In this document: positions 9,619-17,873 of the stretch, in pieces
Layout of the letters: each line of letters starts with the position of its first letter
How positions within the stretch are numbered: the stretch's first letter is position 1
Assembly: GCF_000175255.2 (NCBI RefSeq)
Contig: NC_017262.1
Coordinates: forward strand, 1,410,001-1,442,000
DNA: 32,000 nt
Direction of reading: 5' to 3'
DNA from: Zymomonas mobilis subsp. mobilis ATCC 10988
Lineage (GTDB): Bacteria; Pseudomonadota; Alphaproteobacteria; Sphingomonadales; Sphingomonadaceae
Translations under genes and position numbers: made by a program
The notes under the pieces: model-generated
What the model was told of the DNA's origin: nothing
What the model saw: only the letters and a program-made list of their open reading frames with translations
Database searches by the model: none

Positions 9619-10968
9619 TTATATCTTCTCTAAACCTTGCTGAAGCTTTTTGGTCGAGAATCCGTAATTTACAATGGATAATGCTGCTAACAGAATAAGA
9701 CCGCATAAAACAAAAGAGACATTATATTGTGAAAGAAGGGTAAAGGGTAAGATAATCCACAGTATATATTCAAAATAAAGATAATGGTTATCACTATCCT
9801 CTAGTGATAGTTTATTACAATAATTATTGTCTTGATAGGCAGAAATATTAGCAAGAATAATAATTATATCTAACGGGAATATCCCCCAACCGACATGTTT
9901 GCTTATATAGTAGCTACTACAAATAAGTGCCAGAGAGGCCCCCATTCGACGGCTATAATATATCAATTTTCTTTGTTTTTTTCTTCCTGGATTTAATTGC
10001 ATCTCATTTATTCGATGAGATCCATATCCTGATAATCCCGATAAAATCAGTGATAATACTGAAAATATGGGCATGTTGGTTAACGAAAAGAGTAATGATA
10101 AAAATATAAAAACAAAGGTGGTTATTAATAAATATAAAGAAATATTTCTTTTTCTTGTGAGTAAAATTATATTTTTATCTATTATTTTTGAAAATATTTT
10201 TTTGTAAAAAATATTTTTATCACATTTATTTTCTGTAGCTTGATAAATACCCTTTGAAATAAATGCGTTATTTTTATTTTTTGTGATTTTGAAAATGAAA
10301 TCATTGCCATTAACCGGGGCTTTAACCGTAATTCTTTTGCAGCCAGACTGCATCGTCTGACGCATGATAGTCAGGATAAGATCCCAATCATCGGGAATAT
10401 TCTTTGCTTCCCTAATAATTTTCCCTTCAACAAGGGCGATGCCTCCCCATCTTTCGGAGGCATCAATCCGTTCAAATTCTTGGGAAGATATGCCATCTTC
10501 TATGGTTAAAAGGGTAGGGGCAGTATTCCTGACTAAGGTCTCTACTAAATGGACAGAAGGTAAACAGTCTCCCTCTAGTAACAGGACAGACTGATTATCT
10601 GAAAAAGCCGCTGACAATTCTTGGCGACCATGAATCAAAGATAGATGAATAGCTTCTTTGCGAAGCCGTTCAATCACATTAACAAGCTGGAAATTAAAAT
10701 GCGCCTTAGTCTCTAGGGCAGAATTATTCCCTTCATTGTCTTCAGAAAAAAGATCTTCTGTCCATAAGACAACATGATCAATACCGGCTTCTGCCACTGT
10801 CCGAATTTGATATTCAATTAAAGCTATTCCGGCGATAGGGAAAAAGGAGAGATTTTCTCCCAGAGAATTGAGGGATTGGTTGCTAACATCAATAAGAGCG
10901 CTAGGCTTTGGAATCATGCCGTCTCGGTTTGTCTTTTTATTGATGGTCGCCTCTGCGTTAGGATTCAC
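9619..10968 (-). CDS. Fusion of a degenerate nucleotidyltransferase-like (GT-A/NTP_transferase fold) N-domain to a polytopic membrane C-domain
   Basis: The N-terminal ~230 aa has NTP-transferase-like strands (FFPIAGIALIEYQIRTVAEAGIDHVVLW, VLLLEGDCL), but SNQSL sits where the GxGxR loop is expected. The C-terminal ~200 aa has about 5-6 TM segments and is encoded by very AT-rich DNA. No CDP-alcohol transferase DG..AR..D...D motif is present. Confidence 0.5.
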   Translation of the reverse strand: MNPNAEATINKKTNRDGMIPKPSALIDVSNQSLNSLGENLSFFPIAGIALIEYQIRTVAEAGIDHVVLWTEDLFSEDNEGNNSALETKAHFNFQLVNVIERLRKEAIHLSLIHGRQELSAAFSDNQSVLLLEGDCLPSVHLVETLVRNTAPTLLTIEDGISSQEFERIDASERWGGIALVEGKIIREAKNIPDDWDLILTIMRQTMQSGCKRITVKAPVNGNDFIFKITKNKNNAFISKGIYQATENKCDKNIFYKKIFSKIIDKNIILLTRKRNISLYLLITTFVFIFLSLLFSLTNMPIFSVLSLILSGLSGYGSHRINEMQLNPGRKKQRKLIYYSRRMGASLALICSSYYISKHVGWGIFPLDIIIILANISAYQDNNYCNKLSLEDSDNHYLYFEYILWIILPFTLLSQYNVSFVLCGLILLAALSIVNYGFSTKKLQQGLEKI

Positions 10969-11153
10969 TATAAAATACCGCCAGAATTAAATATTTTTTG
11001 AAAGTTAGGTGCGGAATTCCAAAGCGCAACTATAAATCAGATTATTTTGCTTTACAAATTCGCCAATATTTTTGGAAAAGTATTTTTTCTAATCCATTAA
11101 ATAGGAAGTATAGGGGCTATTCGCTTTAATTTAAAATTGATACTGTCGACTCT

Positions 11154-14100
11154 ATGGCAATAGGGGTTGATGGCGCAGCTAGGCTGCGGGAAATATATCG
11201 TCGACAGCAACAGTTAGCAGAACTGGCTGGTATCGAACAAAAAAAAGAATCCGAGGCTCAAGAGAAAGAGATCGCGCAACCAGAAACAGCACAAATTTCT
11301 CAAGAAGCAAGTAAAATGGCGGAAAATACTCTGCCAGCGATAAGATCAAAAAGCCTTCTTCCTAAAATCATTTTAGCTGTTTTCGGTATCATCTTTGCGG
11401 CCTTCATTGTTACCGCTATTGAAACAGACCTTCTTTCTTTTAATAATATTGGGCAATATTTAAGCATAGCAAGCGGGCCTATATCGATCATTGGTATCGC
11501 TTATCTTATATTCCGGCCTTTCAGTTATCAGGAATCGCACCGATTTAGCCGCATGGTTTCTTCTGTCAGGAAAGAAACGGATGCTCTTGATGAGATCATC
11601 CGGCAACTTAGTGCCAAGGTAGAAAATAATCAGAAAATTTTAGCGGCTCAAGCTGACCAGCTCCTAAAAGTAGGGGAACAATCTTCTGAACGCCTAGCCG
11701 ATATCGGCATGAATATGCGGGCTGAAGCCGTTGGCCTGCAACGCCATACCGATCGTTTGACAGAAGCGACGGATAAAGCCCGTGAAAGTCTCGGGCCTTT
11801 ATTGGATTCTCTTCCCGAAGCCAGAAAAGAATCTGAAAATTTAACCAAGCAGTTGCAAGATTCCTATCAATCTACTTCTGAAAAAGTAGATTCCTTATTA
11901 TCGCATCTGCAAACATTAAATTCTCTGGCACCCAAGGTTGAAAATGCCACCGTTATAGCCGCCAAAAATTTGGCAACAGAAATTGAGCATCTCAGCCATC
12001 TGGATACAAAGATTGATGGCCGTCTTGAGGCCAGCGCTCAGGCTGTTGCAGCCTTTGGCAACAAGATCGAGCATTTAATTGCCGAAAGAATGCAGGAATC
12101 TGATCGCCAGATTGTAAAAATGGCAGATCTTCTTGACGAAAGAATTCGGAATAGCCGAACCGCCTTGGATGATTTAGCCGGGCATCTTTCTTTTAATATG
12201 ACGGCGCGTCTAGGCGAAGTAAATGAATATGCCACGCGCATTTCAGACAAGCTTGCTGAACAAATACAGGTCAGTCAAAACACGCTTGCCTCTTTCTACA
12301 CCCAAATGTCTGATAATTTTTATCAGAATTTACAGGGTATAGAGAAGCAAACGCTCGAAATTTCCCAAAAAGTGAAAGCCTCTATCCAAGGTAGTCGAGA
12401 TGATTATCAAGCGGCTAGCCAGAATTTTGTTTTAGAATTACAGAATAGACTTCAAAAAATCCAAGATCAGAGCAAAGAGATCGGTCATGTGTTTGAACAG
12501 AATATCGACAGACATCGCCTGTCTTTTGATCAATTATCTTCAAAAATAACGACTGATTTTGTCCAACGCTTAGAAATTATTCAAAATCAGACACAGGATA
12601 TTGTTCAGTATTTTGAAAATCACATTCAGAAAGGGCAGAAGAATTTAGCCGATGCCGGTGAAAATTTTGCTAAATCTCTAACCTCTGAATTTGATACTGT
12701 TCAAAATAATCTTTTATCATTGAAGGATGTCTTCGAGCAGCAGCAGCAACAGATGACTCTAACGCTTGGTCATTGGAATGATAACTTAAACAATTCTTTA
12801 TCAGACCAAGAAAAAATGGCCAGTGAGCATCTGGCTAAAATAAGCCATCATCTGGCGAAATATACTGAAGAGTCCCAACCTTTATTTGCTGAAATTAGTT
12901 CACTGATAGACAGCGCAGATTCCAAATTTAACGGTCTGCAAGAAAATAGCGTTGTTCACTTGAAGTCCCTTGGTGAAGATATCCGGCATTTATCAGAACA
13001 GATCAATGAAACCGGTGCCATCTTGATGAATAGCGACTGGGGCATTTCTAAATTAACCGAGCGCGCCAGAGGTCTGTCAGAACAAATTACAGAAACTGTT
13101 CAGGCTATGGATGTTCATATGCCGGCAGCGTTAACCCGTATCGCTGAACAGTTTAACGAAAATAACAAGGCTGCCGATTTATTGGCTCCAAAGATTGTTA
13201 CAATCGAAGCCCAAGCGGCTAATGTGGCTGAAAAATTTGATCAGGCAGGACAACATCTGCTGAGCCAAAAAGACAAATTATCTGAATTGATTGATGATAC
13301 GGATAGAGGCCTCGATGAGCGCCAGAATAAAATCCGTGAATTTATAGAAGAAATTCAAAAAAATTATGATCAATATCAGCAGTCTTTTGATCAGATCATT
13401 GAATCGGCCAATACGCAATTAAGCGGATTTGTTCAGAAATTAGGTCAGCTAAGTGATTTAATCGCGAATATTCAGACGCAAAATCATGGTTTGGTAACCA
13501 AGGCGACCCCTGTCCTTAAATCTGAAATCGAAAATATTCAGAAGCTGGTAACCGAGACGAGAGAAGAAGAAAAAGCCTTAATGACTTCTCTTGGTGCCGA
13601 TTTTAGCAAGATGCTACAACAGCAAGTCACCGAGGCGCTTGATCATACCTTGGTTGAAAAAGTAAAATCGGGGCTATCTTCGATTGATGTTGTTGCTGAA
13701 AAAAGCGTGGAATCAACCCGCAAGGCCACTGAACGACTGATGCAACAAATGCTGACGATTACCAATATTACAGCAGGTATCGAAAAACGTATCAATGAAG
13801 CCAAGGAAGAAATTGAAAATCATGACGAAGGTAATTTTACCCGTCATGTCGCATGGTTAATTGATGCATTACGGTCAAAAACTATTGATATCACCCGTCT
13901 CTTGTCGTCAGATATTTCAGATACGGCATGGCTGTCTTATCTGAAAGGGGATCGCGGGGTATTCTCACGCAAAGCTGTCCGCCTGCTCGATAATAACGAG
14001 TTAAGGGTGATACAGAGAGAATACGAAAAAAATACAGATTTTCGTGAGCATGTGAATTATTACATTCATGATTTTGAGTCTATGTTAAGACGAGTGGTCA

Positions 14101-14201
14101 ATAGTCGTGACGGCACGGCACTTAGTGTCACTTTGATGTCTTCTGATATTGGTAAGCTCTATGCGGCCTTATCGCAGGCGATCCAGAAATATCGTCAGTA
14201 A
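11154..14201 (+). CDS. Large membrane-anchored coiled-coil / helical-repeat protein (two N-terminal TM helices, ~750-aa helical repeat region, ~130-aa C-terminal globular domain)
   Basis: TM1 is LLPKIILAVFGIIFAAFIVTAIE and TM2 is LSIASGPISIIGIAYLIFRPF. The remainder is Q/E/L/K/N-rich with heptad character and ~44-aa repeats. The C-terminal segment is FTRHVAWLIDALRSKTIDITRLL...YYIHDFESMLRRV. The start codon has no clear SD. Confidence 0.75.
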   Translation: MAIGVDGAARLREIYRRQQQLAELAGIEQKKESEAQEKEIAQPETAQISQEASKMAENTLPAIRSKSLLPKIILAVFGIIFAAFIVTAIETDLLSFNNIGQYLSIASGPISIIGIAYLIFRPFSYQESHRFSRMVSSVRKETDALDEIIRQLSAKVENNQKILAAQADQLLKVGEQSSERLADIGMNMRAEAVGLQRHTDRLTEATDKARESLGPLLDSLPEARKESENLTKQLQDSYQSTSEKVDSLLSHLQTLNSLAPKVENATVIAAKNLATEIEHLSHLDTKIDGRLEASAQAVAAFGNKIEHLIAERMQESDRQIVKMADLLDERIRNSRTALDDLAGHLSFNMTARLGEVNEYATRISDKLAEQIQVSQNTLASFYTQMSDNFYQNLQGIEKQTLEISQKVKASIQGSRDDYQAASQNFVLELQNRLQKIQDQSKEIGHVFEQNIDRHRLSFDQLSSKITTDFVQRLEIIQNQTQDIVQYFENHIQKGQKNLADAGENFAKSLTSEFDTVQNNLLSLKDVFEQQQQQMTLTLGHWNDNLNNSLSDQEKMASEHLAKISHHLAKYTEESQPLFAEISSLIDSADSKFNGLQENSVVHLKSLGEDIRHLSEQINETGAILMNSDWGISKLTERARGLSEQITETVQAMDVHMPAALTRIAEQFNENNKAADLLAPKIVTIEAQAANVAEKFDQAGQHLLSQKDKLSELIDDTDRGLDERQNKIREFIEEIQKNYDQYQQSFDQIIESANTQLSGFVQKLGQLSDLIANIQTQNHGLVTKATPVLKSEIENIQKLVTETREEEKALMTSLGADFSKMLQQQVTEALDHTLVEKVKSGLSSIDVVAEKSVESTRKATERLMQQMLTITNITAGIEKRINEAKEEIENHDEGNFTRHVAWLIDALRSKTIDITRLLSSDISDTAWLSYLKGDRGVFSRKAVRLLDNNELRVIQREYEKNTDFREHVNYYIHDFESMLRRVVNSRDGTALSVTLMSSDIGKLYAALSQAIQKYRQ

Positions 14202-14243
14202 AATATACATTTATACTTCTTATTGATGGGAAAAGGATAAGCC

Positions 14244-14666
14244 ATGTCAGGGAAAAATTTTATAAAAATTATATTACCACTAGGCATGGCTTTATCGCTT
14301 AGCTTGCCTTCTTTTGAGGCAGCGCAAGCCGTGCCCGTCGCGGCCTCCTTGGCCTATAGTCAAAGGCTACAACAACTGCCCGAAATGCAACGCTCTGCGG
14401 TTTTGCGGGGAGCCTTAAATGATTCCGGCTATTTCTGCCGTCGGGTAGCTTCCGCTTCGCCGAATAAAGAAGGCTATGATAATTTGGCGATGTGGAGCGT
14501 TCGTTGCCAAAATGACAAAACTGATTTTCAGGATTTTGCTGTATTTCTGGGGCCCGATGGTTCTGCTCAGATACGACAATGCAAAGATACTCAGTCGTTA
14601 AACCTTCCGGCCTGTCATTTGTCTGATACTCTAGAAAAAGATAAAACACAGAAATCTAAACATTGA
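14244..14666 (+). CDS. Small secreted/periplasmic protein with four Cys
   Basis: Sec signal peptide MSGKNFIKIILPLGMALSLSLPSFEAAQA|VP. AAGGA lies ~10 nt upstream of the ATG. The mature part has four cysteines (FCRR, RCQN, QCKD, ACHL). Confidence 0.7.
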   Translation: MSGKNFIKIILPLGMALSLSLPSFEAAQAVPVAASLAYSQRLQQLPEMQRSAVLRGALNDSGYFCRRVASASPNKEGYDNLAMWSVRCQNDKTDFQDFAVFLGPDGSAQIRQCKDTQSLNLPACHLSDTLEKDKTQKSKH

Positions 14667-14803
14667 TATCTATATTGAATAGAAAATCATTTATAACGCC
14701 CTTCAATCAAAATGATTTTCTAAAAATGAAAGCCTTTATATGGGATAGCTATCTCATATGAATTTTTAAAAACGCTTTTTAGCGTGTTATTTTAAAGAAA
14801 TTT

Positions 14804-15985
14804 ATGGATATTCGTCATCTTCGTCTTGCCCTGTTCACAGGTAATTATAACTATGTTCGAGATGGAGCCAATCAAGCTCTTAACCGACTAGTCGGTTATT
14901 TAATGAAGCAAGGTGCTTCCGTCCGAATTTATTCTCCCCATAGTGAAACACCCGCCTTTCCTGCAATCGGTGAAGTTATCAGCGTCCCAGCGGTGCCTTT
15001 CCCTGGGCGAAGCGAATATTGTATCCCGATTGCGCTTCCTTCTCGTGTCCGTCGCGATATCAAAAAATTTGATCCGAATATCTTTCATATCGCCAGTCCT
15101 GAATATCTGGGACATCGCGCGGTCTCTTTGGCACGTAAATCTAACCTACCGGTTGTTGCCTCTGTCCATACCCGCTTTGAAACCTATCCCCGTTATTACG
15201 GCATGCCTTTTCTAGAGCCCGTTATAGAAGCTATTTTAAGAAGGCTTTACCGGCGGTGTGATGCTATTTTTGCACCCTCTGAATCTATGGCTCAACTCCT
15301 TCGGGAACAACGGATGAGCTATGACGTAAGAATTTGGTCGCGAGGGGTTGATCGGAATTTATTCAAACCCGAAGCCCGCGACCCCCATTTACGTCATAAA
15401 TTCGGCATAAAAGAAGATGAGGTCGTGATCGGTTTTGTCGGACGACTGGTCATGGAAAAAGGGTTAGACGTTTTTTCTGACACTATTGATGAATTGGTGC
15501 GTCGTAAAATTCCGCATAAAGTGCTTGTGATTGGAGAAGGGCCTGCCAGAGGGTGGTTTAGCCGCCGCTTGCCACAAGCTATTTTCGCCGGATTCCAAAC
15601 AGGGGAATCCTTGGCACGCGCCGTTGCCTCAACCGATATTCTATTCAATCCCTCTGTCACGGAAACTTTTGGGAATGTAACACTTGAAGCGATGGCAACC
15701 GGCAGGGCTGTGGTTGCCGCACAAGCTACAGGCAGTGAAAGCCTTATTGATGATCCTTCAATGGGGCGTCTTATTCGGCCGGGGGCTATCAAGGATTTCG
15801 CCGATGCGCTGCAAAGCTATTGCGAGAATAAAGAACTTCGCAAAGAAGCGGGCTACAATGGCTATAAAAGGAGTGAGTGTTACGGTTGGGATAATGTAAA
15901 CCAAATTTTGGCAGATAATTATCTCAGCATTATTCAGGCTCGCCAGCAAAGTGGTCAAGCTCCAAGGCTAAAACCACGCTCTTGA
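14804..15985 (+). CDS. GT4-family (GT-B, Glycos_transf_1) glycosyltransferase, SqdX/lipid-glycosyltransferase-like
   Basis: N-terminal LALFTGNYNYVRDGANQALNRL. C-terminal EX7E region NPSVTETFGNVTLEAMATGRAVVA. The acceptor specificity is not determinable from the sequence. Confidence 0.85.
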   Translation: MDIRHLRLALFTGNYNYVRDGANQALNRLVGYLMKQGASVRIYSPHSETPAFPAIGEVISVPAVPFPGRSEYCIPIALPSRVRRDIKKFDPNIFHIASPEYLGHRAVSLARKSNLPVVASVHTRFETYPRYYGMPFLEPVIEAILRRLYRRCDAIFAPSESMAQLLREQRMSYDVRIWSRGVDRNLFKPEARDPHLRHKFGIKEDEVVIGFVGRLVMEKGLDVFSDTIDELVRRKIPHKVLVIGEGPARGWFSRRLPQAIFAGFQTGESLARAVASTDILFNPSVTETFGNVTLEAMATGRAVVAAQATGSESLIDDPSMGRLIRPGAIKDFADALQSYCENKELRKEAGYNGYKRSECYGWDNVNQILADNYLSIIQARQQSGQAPRLKPRS

Positions 15986-16040
15986 TAAAATTTTCTGTTT
16001 CAGATGGATTCGAAACAGAAATACTTTAGATAAAGACGTT

Positions 16041-17717
16041 ATGCTTATTTCGCTTAGCATCCGTGATATCGTGCTGATTGATGCACTCGACCTTGATTTT
16101 TCTGAAGGACTAGGCGTCCTTACCGGTGAGACAGGGGCTGGAAAATCAATCCTTCTTGATGCCTTGGGGTTAGCTCTTGGCGCAAGGGCTGATAGTGGCC
16201 TTGTCCGACCGGATTCCAAGCAAGGCATCGTAACCGCCTGTTTCACATTGCCGCCTGATCATGCTCTCTATCGCTATTTACAGCAGAATGCTTTGACGGT
16301 TGAGGAAGGCGAGGCGCTGATTGTCAAAAGAATAGTCAAGGCTGACGGCGGCAGTCGGGCATTACTGAATGATCAGCCTATTTCGGTTTCTCTGCTCAAA
16401 GACGTTTCCAGTTATCTTATCGAAATCCATGGACAGCATGATGAAAGGGGGCTTCTTAACCCGCGCAGTCATCGTCTGTTGCTCGATAATTTTGGCCATA
16501 TTGACACCTCTTCAGTATCAGCCGCTTATGCTTACTGGCAGGAAACAGAAAAAGCCCTCAAGCAAGCCTTGCTTTTAAAAGAAGAGCGAGAGCAGGACAA
16601 AGAATGGCTTGAAGATGCCGTTCAGGAATTGACGGCTTTCGCTCCACAGGATGGGGAAGAAGCCTCTCTCGCTGATGAACGCAAAATGCTTCAAAAAGGG
16701 GCAAGACTCGCTGAAGATATGGAAGCCATTGGTCAGTGGATTGATGGTACGGATGGCGCGCTTTCGCTTTTGCGACAGGCTGGAAGGCGTCTTGGGCGGA
16801 TTTCTTTTGAATATCCGGCTCTGGCGGAAGCGCTCGAATCTTTGGATAAAGCCCTGAATGAAGCAGGGGATGCCAGCGAAAGGCTAGGCCACGCTGCCAT
16901 GATGCTTGATAACGATCCAAACAGACTGGACGCTATCGAAGCCCGTCTGTTTGAACTACGTGCCTTGGCGCGTAAACATCGGGTTGCACCGGATGAACTA
17001 CCCAATTTTGTAAAAGAGCTTCAAGGTAAACTAGAACAGATAGAATCCGGCGAGCAAGGTATCGCTCTATTACAGGCCGAAAATAAATCAGCGCGACAGA
17101 ATTATCAGCAGGCAGCGGAAAAGCTACACCAATCCCGCAAAAAAACAGCCGAAAATTTGGATAAAGCGGTTATGGCCGAATTGCCGCCCTTAAAAATGGA
17201 AGCGGCACGGTTCCAAACCAAAATTGAAAAATTAGAAGCTTCGCAATGGGGCAGTGAAGGATGTGATCGCGTCGAATTTACGATTTCGACAAATCCGGGA
17301 GCCGATTTTGCGCCTTTGATGAAAATAGCCAGCGGAGGAGAACTCTCGCGATTTATGCTGGCATTGAAAGTCGTTCTCGCGGGGGCTGAAGGAACTGAAA
17401 CTATTATTTTTGATGAAATTGACCAAGGGGTTGGCGGTGCTGTTGCCAGTGCCATTGGCGAACGCTTGGCAAGATTATCTGAAAAATCGCAATTACTTGT
17501 TATTACGCACAGCCCCCAAGTTGCAGCGCGCGCGGCACAGCATTGGCTTATCCAAAAACACCATCCTCAATCTTCTGCTAAAAAGACTTTTGCTACTCGG
17601 ACAGAGGTCAAGGCGCTCACTTTTGATGAAAGGCGAGAGGAAATAGCGCGTATGCTTTCAGGGGCAGAGGTAACCGACGAAGCCCGCGCGCAGGCGCGCC
17701 GTCTATTGCGTCATTAA
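16041..17717 (+). CDS. recN: DNA repair protein RecN
   Basis: N-terminal MLISLSIRDIVLIDALDLDF, Walker A GETGAGKS, long coiled-coil middle, signature SGGELSR, Walker B IIFDEIDQGVGG. Confidence 0.95.
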   Translation: MLISLSIRDIVLIDALDLDFSEGLGVLTGETGAGKSILLDALGLALGARADSGLVRPDSKQGIVTACFTLPPDHALYRYLQQNALTVEEGEALIVKRIVKADGGSRALLNDQPISVSLLKDVSSYLIEIHGQHDERGLLNPRSHRLLLDNFGHIDTSSVSAAYAYWQETEKALKQALLLKEEREQDKEWLEDAVQELTAFAPQDGEEASLADERKMLQKGARLAEDMEAIGQWIDGTDGALSLLRQAGRRLGRISFEYPALAEALESLDKALNEAGDASERLGHAAMMLDNDPNRLDAIEARLFELRALARKHRVAPDELPNFVKELQGKLEQIESGEQGIALLQAENKSARQNYQQAAEKLHQSRKKTAENLDKAVMAELPPLKMEAARFQTKIEKLEASQWGSEGCDRVEFTISTNPGADFAPLMKIASGGELSRFMLALKVVLAGAEGTETIIFDEIDQGVGGAVASAIGERLARLSEKSQLLVITHSPQVAARAAQHWLIQKHHPQSSAKKTFATRTEVKALTFDERREEIARMLSGAEVTDEARAQARRLLRH

Positions 17718-17873
17718 AAATCTATAACAAATTCTTCGGATTGAAGGCGTGCGGACAATTCGTTTTGTTTCTCAATCTTTATCATGGTTATACAGCCGAA
17801 GCTAAAATGAAATTTATGGTTATTATATAACAACTATAAATATTTTTATTATATTGTGATGGTGGAGACTTTT

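Noticed and set aside
10987-11140. Two TTAA-N7-TTGA sites (10987-11001 and 11126-11140) resembling the CtrA box TTAA-N7-TTAA, in the divergent region upstream of the coiled-coil gene
   Set aside because: Each has a mismatch in the second half-site. The region is so AT-rich that such matches are expected by chance, so this is not supportable without ChIP or conservation data.
14299-14649. 116-aa ORF antisense to the small secreted-protein gene
   Set aside because: The + strand ORF has a signal peptide and an SD. The antisense product is R/P-rich with no features.
15968-16246. 92-aa minus-strand ORF overlapping the recN start
   Set aside because: It overlaps the conserved RecN N-terminus and Walker A region on the opposite strand. 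Its composition is S/R/P-rich, so I treat it as a shadow ORF.
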